Shown here in pieces: positions 1-8,659 of a stretch of DNA of 64,000 bases. Source of the stretch: Planctomycetota bacterium (GTDB lineage: Bacteria; Planctomycetota; B15-G4). The notes under the pieces were generated by a model, which saw only the letters and a program-made list of their open reading frames with translations, was not told where the DNA came from and did no database searches. The stretch covers positions 320,001 through 384,000 of the forward strand of contig CBDFJQ010000002.1 in the NCBI GenBank assembly GCA_965248575.1, in the 5' to 3' direction. The translations under genes were made by a program, and so were the position numbers. Within the stretch, counting starts at the first letter, position 1; the number at the start of each line of letters is the position of its first letter.

Positions 1-1288
1 CGCGGTCGAGGACGACGGCGTTGAAGGGCCGACGCTCGCCGTCCGCGTCCTGACGAATGACCTGGATGCCCACGGCATGGCAGGTGATATCCGTGATGGA
101 GTCCTCGGTGATCCGCACGGCGCGGTCATCCGTGGCTTCGCCACTCGGTCCGGGCAGCGGGATCGTGGCCGCATCGTCCACTGCGTGGGCGACGTAGGCT
201 GCACCACAAGCCACCAACAACTGGGGGTTGCGGTACTCCAGGGGGGTCTGCTTGAAGACCTCCTGGATCATGTCCTTGACCATGGGCATGCGGGTGGAAC
301 CGCCGCAGAGCAGCACGTCCACCTGGTCCCGGGTGATGCCGTGGTTCTGCTCGGCTTCAGCGAGCACCTGCTCGAGGCGCATCTGCGTCTGCAACAGCAG
401 GCCGCTGGCACGCTCCTCGAACTCCTCACGGGTCACTTCGATCATGTGGCCCTGGAGATCGGCCACGACCATCTCGGTGGACTTCTTGGACAGCGCGCGC
501 TTGGCCTTCTCGCAGTTGTCGTGCAAGACGGCCGCGTTGCGGGCATCGAGGCGGGGGTCCACCTCGAACTGCTCCATGCACTTGTCGGCGACGATGTCGA
601 TCAGGACATCATCCCAATCCAATCCGCCGAGCTCCCTGTTGCCGTCCTTGCAGAGGGTGTTCAGGGTCAGGTTCTGGACGTTGCCACCCTCGCCGGCGAG
701 GTTTGCCGGAATCACGGGCTTGATCAACGTGACGTCGAACGTGCCACCACCCAGGTCATACACCAGCACGTGCTTGTCCGTCAGGCTGGTGTTCTGCTCG
801 ATGGAGTAGGCGACCGCTGCGGCGTGTGGCTCGCTGAGGATGTTCACCACGTTGAGGCCAGCCTGCTTGGCGGCTTCCATGGTGGCGGCGCACTGACGCT
901 CGCCGAAGTACGCGGGCACCGTGATGACCACGTCTTCCACGGCCTCACCCATCTCGATCTCAGCGTTCTCCTTCAAGGAACGAAGGATGTCGGCGGACAC
1001 CTCAATGGGCGTGCGACGGCGGCCGTCGATGGCAACCGTCTCGTACTCGTCGCCCATCTTCCGCTTGATGCCGACGATGACGCGGCCCGGATCCTGCTTG
1101 CGGGTGTTCCACGCCACCTCGCCCACGACAGAGGTGCCTTCGGTGGGGTAGTAGACAACGGAACGCAACGACGTGGTCTCGCCATCCTCGCTTTCGAGGG
1201 GCAGGGGCTTCACCTCCTGACGACTGTCGTCGTACCAGGAGATCGTCGAATAAGTCGTACCGAGGTCGATGCCGTAGCGCTTGGTCAT
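1..1288 (-). CDS. Hsp70-family protein, divergent DnaK-like (3' end lies outside the window)
   Basis: Absent from the ORF track because there is no stop in the window. Manual translation from ATG 1288 gives MTKRYGIDLGTTYS..., VVITVPAYF, EPHAAA, VYDLGGGTFDVTL, LGGLDWD and LLCGGSTRMP, all Hsp70 ATPase motifs. GGAG RBS upstream. Confidence 0.93.
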   Translation of the reverse strand, partial: MTKRYGIDLGTTYSTISWYDDSRQEVKPLPLESEDGETTSLRSVVYYPTEGTSVVGEVAWNTRKQDPGRVIVGIKRKMGDEYETVAIDGRRRTPIEVSADILRSLKENAEIEMGEAVEDVVITVPAYFGERQCAATMEAAKQAGLNVVNILSEPHAAAVAYSIEQNTSLTDKHVLVYDLGGGTFDVTLIKPVIPANLAGEGGNVQNLTLNTLCKDGNRELGGLDWDDVLIDIVADKCMEQFEVDPRLDARNAAVLHDNCEKAKRALSKKSTEMVVADLQGHMIEVTREEFEERASGLLLQTQMRLEQVLAEAEQNHGITRDQVDVLLCGGSTRMPMVKDMIQEVFKQTPLEYRNPQLLVACGAAYVAHAVDDAATIPLPGPSGEATDDRAVRITEDSITDITCHAVGIQVIRQDADGERRPFNAVVLDR

Positions 1289-1345
1289 CGGTGTGCTCCC
1301 TTTAGCTGGTCGCGGGCAGAGGGGAAGAGGTCTTCCTTAATCCGC

Positions 1346-2554
1346 CTAGTCGTCCGTGGATTTTTTCTTCTTGGAGGACTTGCGGGTCCCCCGTTTGGTC
1401 AGGTTCTTGCTGTCTTCCGCCGTGCCGCTTGCGCCCAGGAAAGGTGCGAAGCCCGGCGATACGTCGTGCGGTTCGGAGCCAGCCTGCTTGTCCTGGCTGG
1501 GCTCGCTGGCGTCAGGAGCGGCGTCCTCCTCGTTCGAAGCAGGAGCGTCTTCCTGTGCGGCGGTCTCGAGCAGCGTCGGGTCGTAGCGACCCACGGTGAC
1601 CTCTGCGTAGCGCAGCACCGAGTGCTCGCTGCGATAACCAGGGCGCACGGTTTCGATGATCTTCCCGTCCAACTCCTCGTCGCTTACGGGCTCCACGTCG
1701 ATGGCGTTGTGGATGTTCGGATCGAAGTCGATGTCGGTGGGGATCTGACTCAGGTCGTAGGTGTCGAGGATCTGTCCCACTCGCGTGAGCATGGCCTGGA
1801 AGTAACGAAGGCCTTCGACACGCGGGATCTCGCCGTTCTCTTCAGGGAAGGCGCGCAAGGCACCCTCGACCAGGTCGCCCAAGCCCACCACATCGCCCAG
1901 GACGCTGCGCAGACGCGCGTCGCCCATGGAGGTGGAGAGTTCGTCGACCTTCTTGCCCAGGCCGCGCAGCTTCGGAGGGATGAAGCTGGACTGCTTGGCC
2001 ACGCCCTCGAGCGTGATCTCGAGTCGGCCCAGGCGGTCTTCGTTCAGCTGCAGAAGGCCGCGCATTTCCGCAAGGCTGCGTTCGGCTGCGAGAGGCGACT
2101 GTCCGCGGGTCTCGTCATCGTGCTGGGAGGTGGGGGTGTGCTCGTGGTCGTGGGCCTGGTCCGTCTCGCCGGTCGGCAAATCGTCCATGGGTGAGCCCAT
2201 GGGGTCCCATAGGGCGTGGTTGGACTCCGAGAGCATCGGATCAACGAGGTCTGGGTCAGCGGGCCAGCCTTCGCCGTCCAGCGTCTCTTCAGGGTTCAGG
2301 GCCTTTGCAACCTCGGCCGTGGCCTGCAACTCAGCACGGGACTCAACAGATTCGGTGACCGGGTTTCCGGCTTTCGGCTGATCCCCATGCGGGTGGGGCT
2401 TGTCCGTTTTCTTCTGGGCGCCGGTGACGAGCGGATCGGCTCCAAACACCTCGAGGATGTCGGGGTGTTCTTCCTGGAGGCTCGAGCCGCTGCGTGCCTT
2501 TTCGGGCGCACTTCCAGCCTGCTCACCGCCGTTCTTCTTCGATCCATCCTTCAT
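1346..2554 (-). CDS. GrpE-like nucleotide exchange factor with long disordered N- and C-terminal extensions
   Basis: A coiled-coil segment precedes the GrpE-type beta domain FDPNIHNAI...IIETVRPGY...VLRYAEVTV. Lies directly upstream of the Hsp70 gene. Start codon uncertain. Confidence 0.8.
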   Translation of the reverse strand: MKDGSKKNGGEQAGSAPEKARSGSSLQEEHPDILEVFGADPLVTGAQKKTDKPHPHGDQPKAGNPVTESVESRAELQATAEVAKALNPEETLDGEGWPADPDLVDPMLSESNHALWDPMGSPMDDLPTGETDQAHDHEHTPTSQHDDETRGQSPLAAERSLAEMRGLLQLNEDRLGRLEITLEGVAKQSSFIPPKLRGLGKKVDELSTSMGDARLRSVLGDVVGLGDLVEGALRAFPEENGEIPRVEGLRYFQAMLTRVGQILDTYDLSQIPTDIDFDPNIHNAIDVEPVSDEELDGKIIETVRPGYRSEHSVLRYAEVTVGRYDPTLLETAAQEDAPASNEEDAAPDASEPSQDKQAGSEPHDVSPGFAPFLGASGTAEDSKNLTKRGTRKSSKKKKSTDD

Positions 2555-2804
2555 TCAAGCCATCCTCAAGACGCCGCTGCGAGCGAGGCGGAGGCCTCAG
2601 CGCGACGACTCTCTCCTTCGTCAGGGGACGGAAGGGTCTTGAGGTCAAACCAGAATGGAGTGGACGAGGGCCGGATAGGCCCTAGATGGCGGCTCCGGGG
2701 AAGCCCAGGGCCCGCGGCTGTCGTGACGGTGGGGCTCGTCGGCAGGGCCTGGCTGACAGGGCCCCGAGCTGCGCCCCGAGTTGCGGGCTAGGCGATCTGG
2801 CCCA

Positions 2805-3224
2805 TCAGCCGATGGACACGAGCTCGACCTGGAACACGAGGGTGGCGTTGGCCCCGATCACCGGTGGCGCTCCGGAACTGCCATAGCCGAGGTCTGGCGG
2901 AATGATGAACAGGCAAGTGCCGCCCTCCTTCATCAGCTGCACGCCCTCGGTCCATCCAGCAATTACCCGGTTGAGGGGGAACGCGATGGTCTGGCCGCGG
3001 GAGTACGAGGAGTCGAAGGGAGTGCCATCGGTGAGCCAGCCCGCGTAGTGCACAGTCACCTTGTCCTGCGCGCTAGGCGATGCGCCGCTGCCTTCCACGA
3101 CCATGGCGTACTTCAGGCCACTGGCGGTGGAGCTGCATTCCTCGTCCGAGGGCAGACGAAATGGGGGGACGTCCATGGGTGAGGCCTTTCGTCCGGTGAT
3201 TGCGGCGAGGAGTTTGCGGAACAT
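2805..3224 (-). CDS. FKBP-type peptidyl-prolyl cis-trans isomerase
   Basis: Motifs SGLKY, VTVHYAGWLTDGTPFDSS, VIAGWTEG, IPPDLGYG and ATLVFQVEL. Start trimmed to ATG 3224. Confidence 0.95.
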   Translation of the reverse strand: MFRKLLAAITGRKASPMDVPPFRLPSDEECSSTASGLKYAMVVEGSGASPSAQDKVTVHYAGWLTDGTPFDSSYSRGQTIAFPLNRVIAGWTEGVQLMKEGGTCLFIIPPDLGYGSSGAPPVIGANATLVFQVELVSIG

Positions 3225-3310
3225 GACAGCTCCTGCGGATGCGCCCGGTTGTGGCACACGCCGTGACGAGGAGCAAGAATGGGCGGGCTCTTTCGGAGGA
3301 ATCAGGTCCG

Positions 3311-4144
3311 GTGAATGGAATTGCCCTCGGCACTTCGAGTTGGTCCACCCCTGGCTGGGTCGGGCCCTTCTATCCGAAGGCTTGCAAGCCCGCGGACTTC
3401 CTGGCGCACTACGCAACGCAGTTCCAGGCAGTGGAAGCGGATGTCACCTATTACCGGATCCCGACACCAGCGATGGTGGCGAACTGGCGCGACCGGACAC
3501 CGGAGGGATTCTCCCTGTGCGCGAAGTTTCCGCGCAGCATCGTGCATGCCGGACAGGGGCCCCGGCCCGATGCTTCGAAGATCCTGGTGCCGTCGGTCAC
3601 GCAAGCCGACACCGACGCCTTCCTGAACGCGATGGCAGCCTTGGGCGATCGGTGCGGGGCGTTGTTGCTTCAGTTTCCGTATCTCTCCAAGGCTTGCTTC
3701 GAAGACTCAGCAGAGTTCCTGGACCGGCTGGACGCCTACCTCGAAGCGCTTCCGGCGACCTTCCGCTATGCAGTGGAAGTCCGGAACAAGGCCTGGGTGA
3801 CGAGCCAGTTGACGGCCGTGCTGCGCAGACATCGCGTGGCCCTGGTGCTGGTGGAAATGGGCTACCTGCCGCACCCGGCTGACGTCGCCGCGAAACTCGA
3901 CGTGGTCACCGCGGACTTTCTGTATGGCCGGCTCATCGGCGATCGGAAGCAGGTGGAGGCCCGCACCCAGGTGTTCGACAAGCTCGTGTTCGATCGCACG
4001 GCCTCGCTGAAGCGCTGGGCAGACCTGATGGGGGCACTCTCCGAGAGGGTTCCGCAGACGTGGCTGTTCGCGAACAACCACTACGCCGGACATGGGCCGG
4101 AGACGATTCGAGAACTCGGGCGCCTGATGGGGCTTTCAGGCTAA
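3311..4144 (+). CDS. DUF72 (YecE-like) family protein
   Basis: Motifs GTSSW...W.G.FYP, VEADVTYYRIP, LLLQFP, AVEVRN and FANNHYAGHGP. GTG 3311 follows GGAGGA. Confidence 0.92.
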   Translation: MNGIALGTSSWSTPGWVGPFYPKACKPADFLAHYATQFQAVEADVTYYRIPTPAMVANWRDRTPEGFSLCAKFPRSIVHAGQGPRPDASKILVPSVTQADTDAFLNAMAALGDRCGALLLQFPYLSKACFEDSAEFLDRLDAYLEALPATFRYAVEVRNKAWVTSQLTAVLRRHRVALVLVEMGYLPHPADVAAKLDVVTADFLYGRLIGDRKQVEARTQVFDKLVFDRTASLKRWADLMGALSERVPQTWLFANNHYAGHGPETIRELGRLMGLSG

Positions 4145-4364
4145 GGACCTGAGGCTTTGTTCGTTGGAAGGCAGATTCAGTGGGGGGGCTTCGTCTGGGT
4201 CCGACTGCTGGGCCGCATGGCTTGCGGCTTTCTGCTGTTGCCCGCCCACGACGCCCCATAGACAAGACGATTTCGCTGCTGCTGGCCCATTGCTAACAGG
4301 GAGAGGCGCGGAATCACAACAACACCGCCGTTGCCACCCATGGGAGGGAGGCATAGAGCTCACC

Positions 4365-5591
4365 ATGACTCCTCGGGGGAGGCCTCTGATGCCCCAGTTC
4401 GTTTCGATGTCCGCTTGGTCCTGCAGGAACGCATGGTCGCCACGAAATTCGGGTAGCAAGCCAGCTCGGCGAAACTCGGCGAGCAAAGTCCTTCCCGTTC
4501 TTTGCTCGCTGCTTCTCTTGCTGGTACCGGTCCTCGCCCCGGTGGCGAGCGCGGGAGTACCTGGGCAGCTTGCGGAAGAGGAGGAGGTCTTCCTGACCTC
4601 TGAGGCTGCGGAGCTGAACCTGCGACAGGGCAGGCGCAAGACAACCGCAGGTTCCTTGGCGGAGAAGCTACCGACAGCTGTTCGGGCCGCGCTCAACGAC
4701 TGGGCAGAAGTCGTTGCCCAATACCAGCTCTCCGTCGTGCTGCCCAAGGGGGCTGAGGTTCTCGTTCTGGGTCGGGCGGATTCCGGCGTCATGACACATG
4801 CTGCCGAAGTGCTCGACGATGCGTGGGAGATGCTCGCGGACATCCAGCAGGAGGATGGGCCAGCAGTTCCAGCAACCCTTGTGTTCTTGTTCGACAAGGA
4901 CTCAATGGGTGGCGAGGCGTGGGAAGGGGTTCTCAATGCCCTGGTGGAGCGCAACCAGCTCGTGGCCTTCGCCGCTCGAAGCATGACCGAGGACCCCGGC
5001 CCGCTGATGTTGCGCGGCCTGCCTGGTTTCCTCCAGCCCACCTACGACATGGCTGGTAACGCGGCTGCCGGTGATGACGAGTTTCGCCTCGACAACGAAC
5101 TGGCGCACAAGTTGGCGCAGTGTGTGCTGAAGAGCCGCTTCGGTGAGGTGCCCACGAGCATCCGCTGGGGGATGGGCTTCCTCGTGGAGCAGCGGCAGTA
5201 TCGTTCCATCTATCAGCTGAACGCGACGGGCTTCGTGGCCGCGGTGGATCATTTCGATTGGCCGAAGAAGGCGCGCTCCGCGGTGCTGGATGCTGCCAAG
5301 TCGAAGAGCTGGTCCATCGCGCAGCTGGCGAGCCGGGACGACAGCGCTGGCCGGGCAACCGAGCCCCAGATGATCACCTGGGGGGCTCTGGACTACCTCT
5401 ACAAGAAAGACACGCCTGCGCTCGTCGGCATGCTGTCCGAGCTGGCGCAGCTGCACGCCGACGGCGCCGGATGGCGGACCTCATCGAGCGAGTATCTGGG
5501 CGACGAGGAGGCCACGGTTGAAGTCCTGGCCAAGGCCCTCGATGGCATCGATGGGCGCAAACTGGCGAGTCACCTCAAGAAGGTGAAGTGA
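4365..5591 (+). CDS. Exported protein with a degenerate zincin-like motif (NELAH)
   Basis: Hydrophobic signal segment LLLLLVPVLAPVASA. NELAH...WGMG resembles gluzincin HExxH...EG. Start uncertain; ATG 4365 follows GGAGG. Confidence 0.65.
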   Translation: MTPRGRPLMPQFVSMSAWSCRNAWSPRNSGSKPARRNSASKVLPVLCSLLLLLVPVLAPVASAGVPGQLAEEEEVFLTSEAAELNLRQGRRKTTAGSLAEKLPTAVRAALNDWAEVVAQYQLSVVLPKGAEVLVLGRADSGVMTHAAEVLDDAWEMLADIQQEDGPAVPATLVFLFDKDSMGGEAWEGVLNALVERNQLVAFAARSMTEDPGPLMLRGLPGFLQPTYDMAGNAAAGDDEFRLDNELAHKLAQCVLKSRFGEVPTSIRWGMGFLVEQRQYRSIYQLNATGFVAAVDHFDWPKKARSAVLDAAKSKSWSIAQLASRDDSAGRATEPQMITWGALDYLYKKDTPALVGMLSELAQLHADGAGWRTSSSEYLGDEEATVEVLAKALDGIDGRKLASHLKKVK

Positions 5592-5602
5592 GCAGGGGGG
5601 AG

Positions 5603-5679
5603 TGGTCGGGGTGACAGGATTCGAACCTGCGATCTCTTGTCCCCCAGACAAGCGCTCTACCAAACTGAGCCACACCCCG
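5603..5679 (-). tRNA. tRNA-Pro(GGG)
   Basis: Reverse complement reads CGGGGTGTGGCTCAGTTTGGTAGAGCGCTTGTCT-GGG-GGACAAGAGATCGCAGGTTCGAATCCTGTCACCCCGACCA: cloverleaf stems, TTCGA T-loop and encoded CCA. Confidence 0.97.
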
Positions 5680-5845
5680 ACACCGAGCCGCTGACTTCAG
5701 CAGAAGATGCGCGATGGGGGTCGCGCCGACTCGCGGGGTTTTGTACCGAAGGGGCCTCCGGGGGACAAGGCCGGGCGGCCCAATCGGCGAGGGGAATCTG
5801 AGCTGGGTCCATGTCACGTGACGGCGCGGCAGCCGTTGTCCTGGC

Positions 5846-6787
5846 ATGCAACGACTCCTGGCGAGCTGGATGACGGTGACTTTCGTGCTGGCCGGCGTGT
5901 TCGCCTGGCAGCTGGGCCCGGTGCTGGCTGGGACCCCGGGGGCAGTGCCGAAGGCCCAGCACTCGGTCCGGGGAGACCTGGTGCCCGACCTGCGCCAAGA
6001 GCTGGGCTCCCAGGGCATGGCTCCTGCCCCATTGGAGGGCGGCCGTCCCCGGTCGAGGAAGCTCGTCCTTGTCCTTCACGGGGGGAGCTTCCGCCCTCGT
6101 TCCCCGCGGGATCTTGCGGAGCGTGCCCTGGCGCCGCTCACAGATGATGCAGAGCGGCTGGGGCTACGCCTCCTGGCACCGGTGGCTCCTTCGTCCTGGC
6201 TCTCCGGGGGGTACAGGGCCTCCAGCGAGAGGTCTGCCGAGGCGTCGGACCCTGCAACGCTTTGGGCAAGCCCGGCGGGCGAGACCCTCGTGCTGCACTT
6301 GATTGCTGAAGAGCTGCGCCAGAAACGGGCGGACCCCCGACGGATCTATTTGGCAGGTCACGGTGCTGGGGCGACTTCAGCGCTGGAGCTGGCGGCGAGG
6401 CACCCGCAGCTGTTTGCGGGTTTGGCGCTCTGGTCGGGGACACCGGCTCCTCTCTGGCAGCGGGGGGACGGCGCTGCGCAGGGAGCGTCGGTAGCTTCCG
6501 TTGAGCCAAAGGTCGTGGGGCTCGTGGGCGATCCTGTTCCCGCCCTGGCCACCGTGCCTGTCTATCTCTGGACGGGGGCGCAGGACGGCATCCTGGATCG
6601 GAAGGCGTTGGCGATGTTCGTGCAGCAGATGCAGGGCCAGCTGGATGCAGGGGCCGGCCATGTTTTCCAGTGGACGGAGCAGCCGGGGGCGCACGATTAC
6701 GGTCCGCAGGGTCCGGGCGCGGGCTTGCAGTTCCTCAGGGATCGCAAGAAGGCGAAGCCCCGAAAGGCGCAAGGGTCCAGCCGATAA
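5846..6787 (+). CDS. Exported alpha/beta-hydrolase-fold protein (esterase/PHB-depolymerase-like) lacking the Ser nucleophile
   Basis: Motifs LVLVLHGG, DPRRIYLAGHGAGA, GAQD and GAHDY. N-terminal hydrophobic signal. Confidence 0.8.
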   Translation: MQRLLASWMTVTFVLAGVFAWQLGPVLAGTPGAVPKAQHSVRGDLVPDLRQELGSQGMAPAPLEGGRPRSRKLVLVLHGGSFRPRSPRDLAERALAPLTDDAERLGLRLLAPVAPSSWLSGGYRASSERSAEASDPATLWASPAGETLVLHLIAEELRQKRADPRRIYLAGHGAGATSALELAARHPQLFAGLALWSGTPAPLWQRGDGAAQGASVASVEPKVVGLVGDPVPALATVPVYLWTGAQDGILDRKALAMFVQQMQGQLDAGAGHVFQWTEQPGAHDYGPQGPGAGLQFLRDRKKAKPRKAQGSSR

Positions 6788-6854
6788 CGGACCAGCCGTT
6801 ACAGGACGTGTCGTTAGAGGATCTGGCGTTGAAGGGCTTGCGACGCATCTCCGC

Positions 6855-7742
6855 CTAGCGCGTCATGACCTCTGCGCCGTCCGTCCCGACGTACATCGTG
6901 TGCTCGAACTGGGCCACGCGCGCCGGCCCGTGCTCGACCAGTGGTGGATAGCCGAAAACGGCTCCCACACGGGTGAGGTCGCGCAGGCTGCGCTCGGTGA
7001 GATCCTTGCCGTGTTCGCGTGCCAGCTCCCGGCGGCTGAAAGGCATGCCCCGACGCGCCATGATCTGATCGATGATGCCCGTGTCCACGTGCTTCGGCGG
7101 TTTGAGTTTGCGCCGAGCTCCGAAGACCTCGGCTCGACCCTGCTCTTCCACGTAGCCACGGCCCGTGGTGGCGAAGGGCTCGATGCAGATCATCATGCCT
7201 TCCTTCAACACGCCCGTTGTTCCCTCGGGCACATTGGGCATGGCCGGCGAGCAGTGAATCGTAAAGGGGGCGATGCCATGCCCTGTCAAGTTGGCCACGG
7301 GTTGATGGTCCAACTCGATCATGGTGGTCTGGATCGCGGTTGCGATCTCGCGGATCTTGCGCCCGGGGCGAACCAGGGCGATGGCGGCTTCCAAGGCTTG
7401 GCGCGATGCTTCCAGCAGACTCCCGTGGGTGTTGCCGAGTTCCCGGGTGGAAGCGCCGTCCGCGATGCAGCCGTCCACATGGACGCCAAAGTCGAGCTTG
7501 ATGACATCACCCTCTTCGAAGGCTCGGGGGTCGTCCAAGTCGCAGCAGTCGTGGGCGGCCACGTGATTCACGGATGCCTGCGCTGGAAAGGCCAGCTCGG
7601 CACCTTGGGAGCGGATGTAGTCCTCCGCTGCATCCAAGACGCTGACATAGGTGACGCCGGGAGCCAGGGACTCCAACGCGCGTCGGCGCGCTTCCGAGTT
7701 GATCCGGCCTGCCTCTCGGTACTTGTCTAGGTCGACTCTCAT
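6855..7742 (-). CDS. map: Type II methionine aminopeptidase
   Basis: Motifs AFP...NHVAAH, KLDFGVHVDGCIAD, NLTGHG, IEPFATTG, then a helical insert, then YPPL...AQFEHT. Start ATG 7742. Confidence 0.92.
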   Translation of the reverse strand: MRVDLDKYREAGRINSEARRRALESLAPGVTYVSVLDAAEDYIRSQGAELAFPAQASVNHVAAHDCCDLDDPRAFEEGDVIKLDFGVHVDGCIADGASTRELGNTHGSLLEASRQALEAAIALVRPGRKIREIATAIQTTMIELDHQPVANLTGHGIAPFTIHCSPAMPNVPEGTTGVLKEGMMICIEPFATTGRGYVEEQGRAEVFGARRKLKPPKHVDTGIIDQIMARRGMPFSRRELAREHGKDLTERSLRDLTRVGAVFGYPPLVEHGPARVAQFEHTMYVGTDGAEVMTR

Positions 7743-8091
7743 GGGGCGGGCATGATACTGAGAAGAGCGGCAGAATCGCCCCCTGTGATCGTGCTTGGAT
7801 GCTTGTGGTGCTCCATCCGCAGTCACGCGGCCAGCCGTTGACGCCCCAGGGCTGCCTCAAGGGCCTCTGGGACCTGAGGTCCCACGGCTCAGTTGAGGCT
7901 GCCATGCCGCCGTTTAAGGATGTCCCTGCGCCCAGGAGATGCCCGTATACTGAGGCCTTGCTTGGGAGCCCTCCCGAACCCGAACCCGAACGGGTGCCCA
8001 GGTGCTGTGCCTCATTCGTTTCCCAGAGCCCGCTCTCCCATTGAGCTCTGGGGCGAGATCCTCGTCACTCTCCCTTAGTTGAGGACAAGCC

Positions 8092-8655
8092 ATGCTTCGC
8101 GCGTGCCTTTCCGCGTTGTTTGCAGGAGCTCTCTACCTGCTGACAACCGTATCGTCTGGATCGCCAGTCGCCGACCCTTCCTTCCGCCCTGCCCCGCGCA
8201 TGGACCAGAGTTGCAAGCCGCAGGCTGCGGTTGCCGTGACGTTGGGACAAGGGGAGAGCTCCGCCGGTTCCCGCGTCGATCTGGAGTGGTCGATTCAGCC
8301 AGGGCGCGGCATGAGCCATCTCGAGTGGGCGCTGCAGCTGCCCGATGACAGCGTCTTCCTGGAAGGGGAACGCTCTGGCCTTGCTGCGGCTGAGGAAGGT
8401 TCGCTGACCGCCGGCATGACTTCGGTGTCCATGCCCGAGGACGGTCGTTTCCGGAACGCGCGACTCATCGTGAGCGGTAGCTTCCTGGGCTCCGACGAGA
8501 CTGGAGCGACCTTCGAGGAAGCTTTCGAAGTCGTGACGCATTTGAGCTGGGGGGAGCCCGACACGGTGGCACCCGCCGTGCTTTCACCGGAGTCTATCAG
8601 CGGCGAGATGACGACCTTCATCGCCTTGCCCACCATGCATCGGGAAGGACGGTGA
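8092..8655 (+). CDS. Small secreted beta-rich protein, copy 1
   Basis: Signal peptide and GAGG RBS. CKPQA motif and C-terminal ALP..HR.GR are shared with 11222-11851. Confidence 0.8.
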   Translation: MLRACLSALFAGALYLLTTVSSGSPVADPSFRPAPRMDQSCKPQAAVAVTLGQGESSAGSRVDLEWSIQPGRGMSHLEWALQLPDDSVFLEGERSGLAAAEEGSLTAGMTSVSMPEDGRFRNARLIVSGSFLGSDETGATFEEAFEVVTHLSWGEPDTVAPAVLSPESISGEMTTFIALPTMHREGR

Positions 8656-8659
8656 ACTG

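Noticed and set aside
77..2194. 705-aa plus-strand ORF
   Set aside because: It is the antisense shadow of the Hsp70 and GrpE-like genes. Long antisense ORFs opposite hsp70 are a known codon-bias artefact, and it has no motifs of its own.
5603..5679. tRNA-Pro as an island integration site
   Set aside because: I saw no integrase, duplicated tRNA 3' end or compositional shift.
7975..7992. (CCGAAC)3 short repeat
   Set aside because: Too short to distinguish from chance, with no supporting context.
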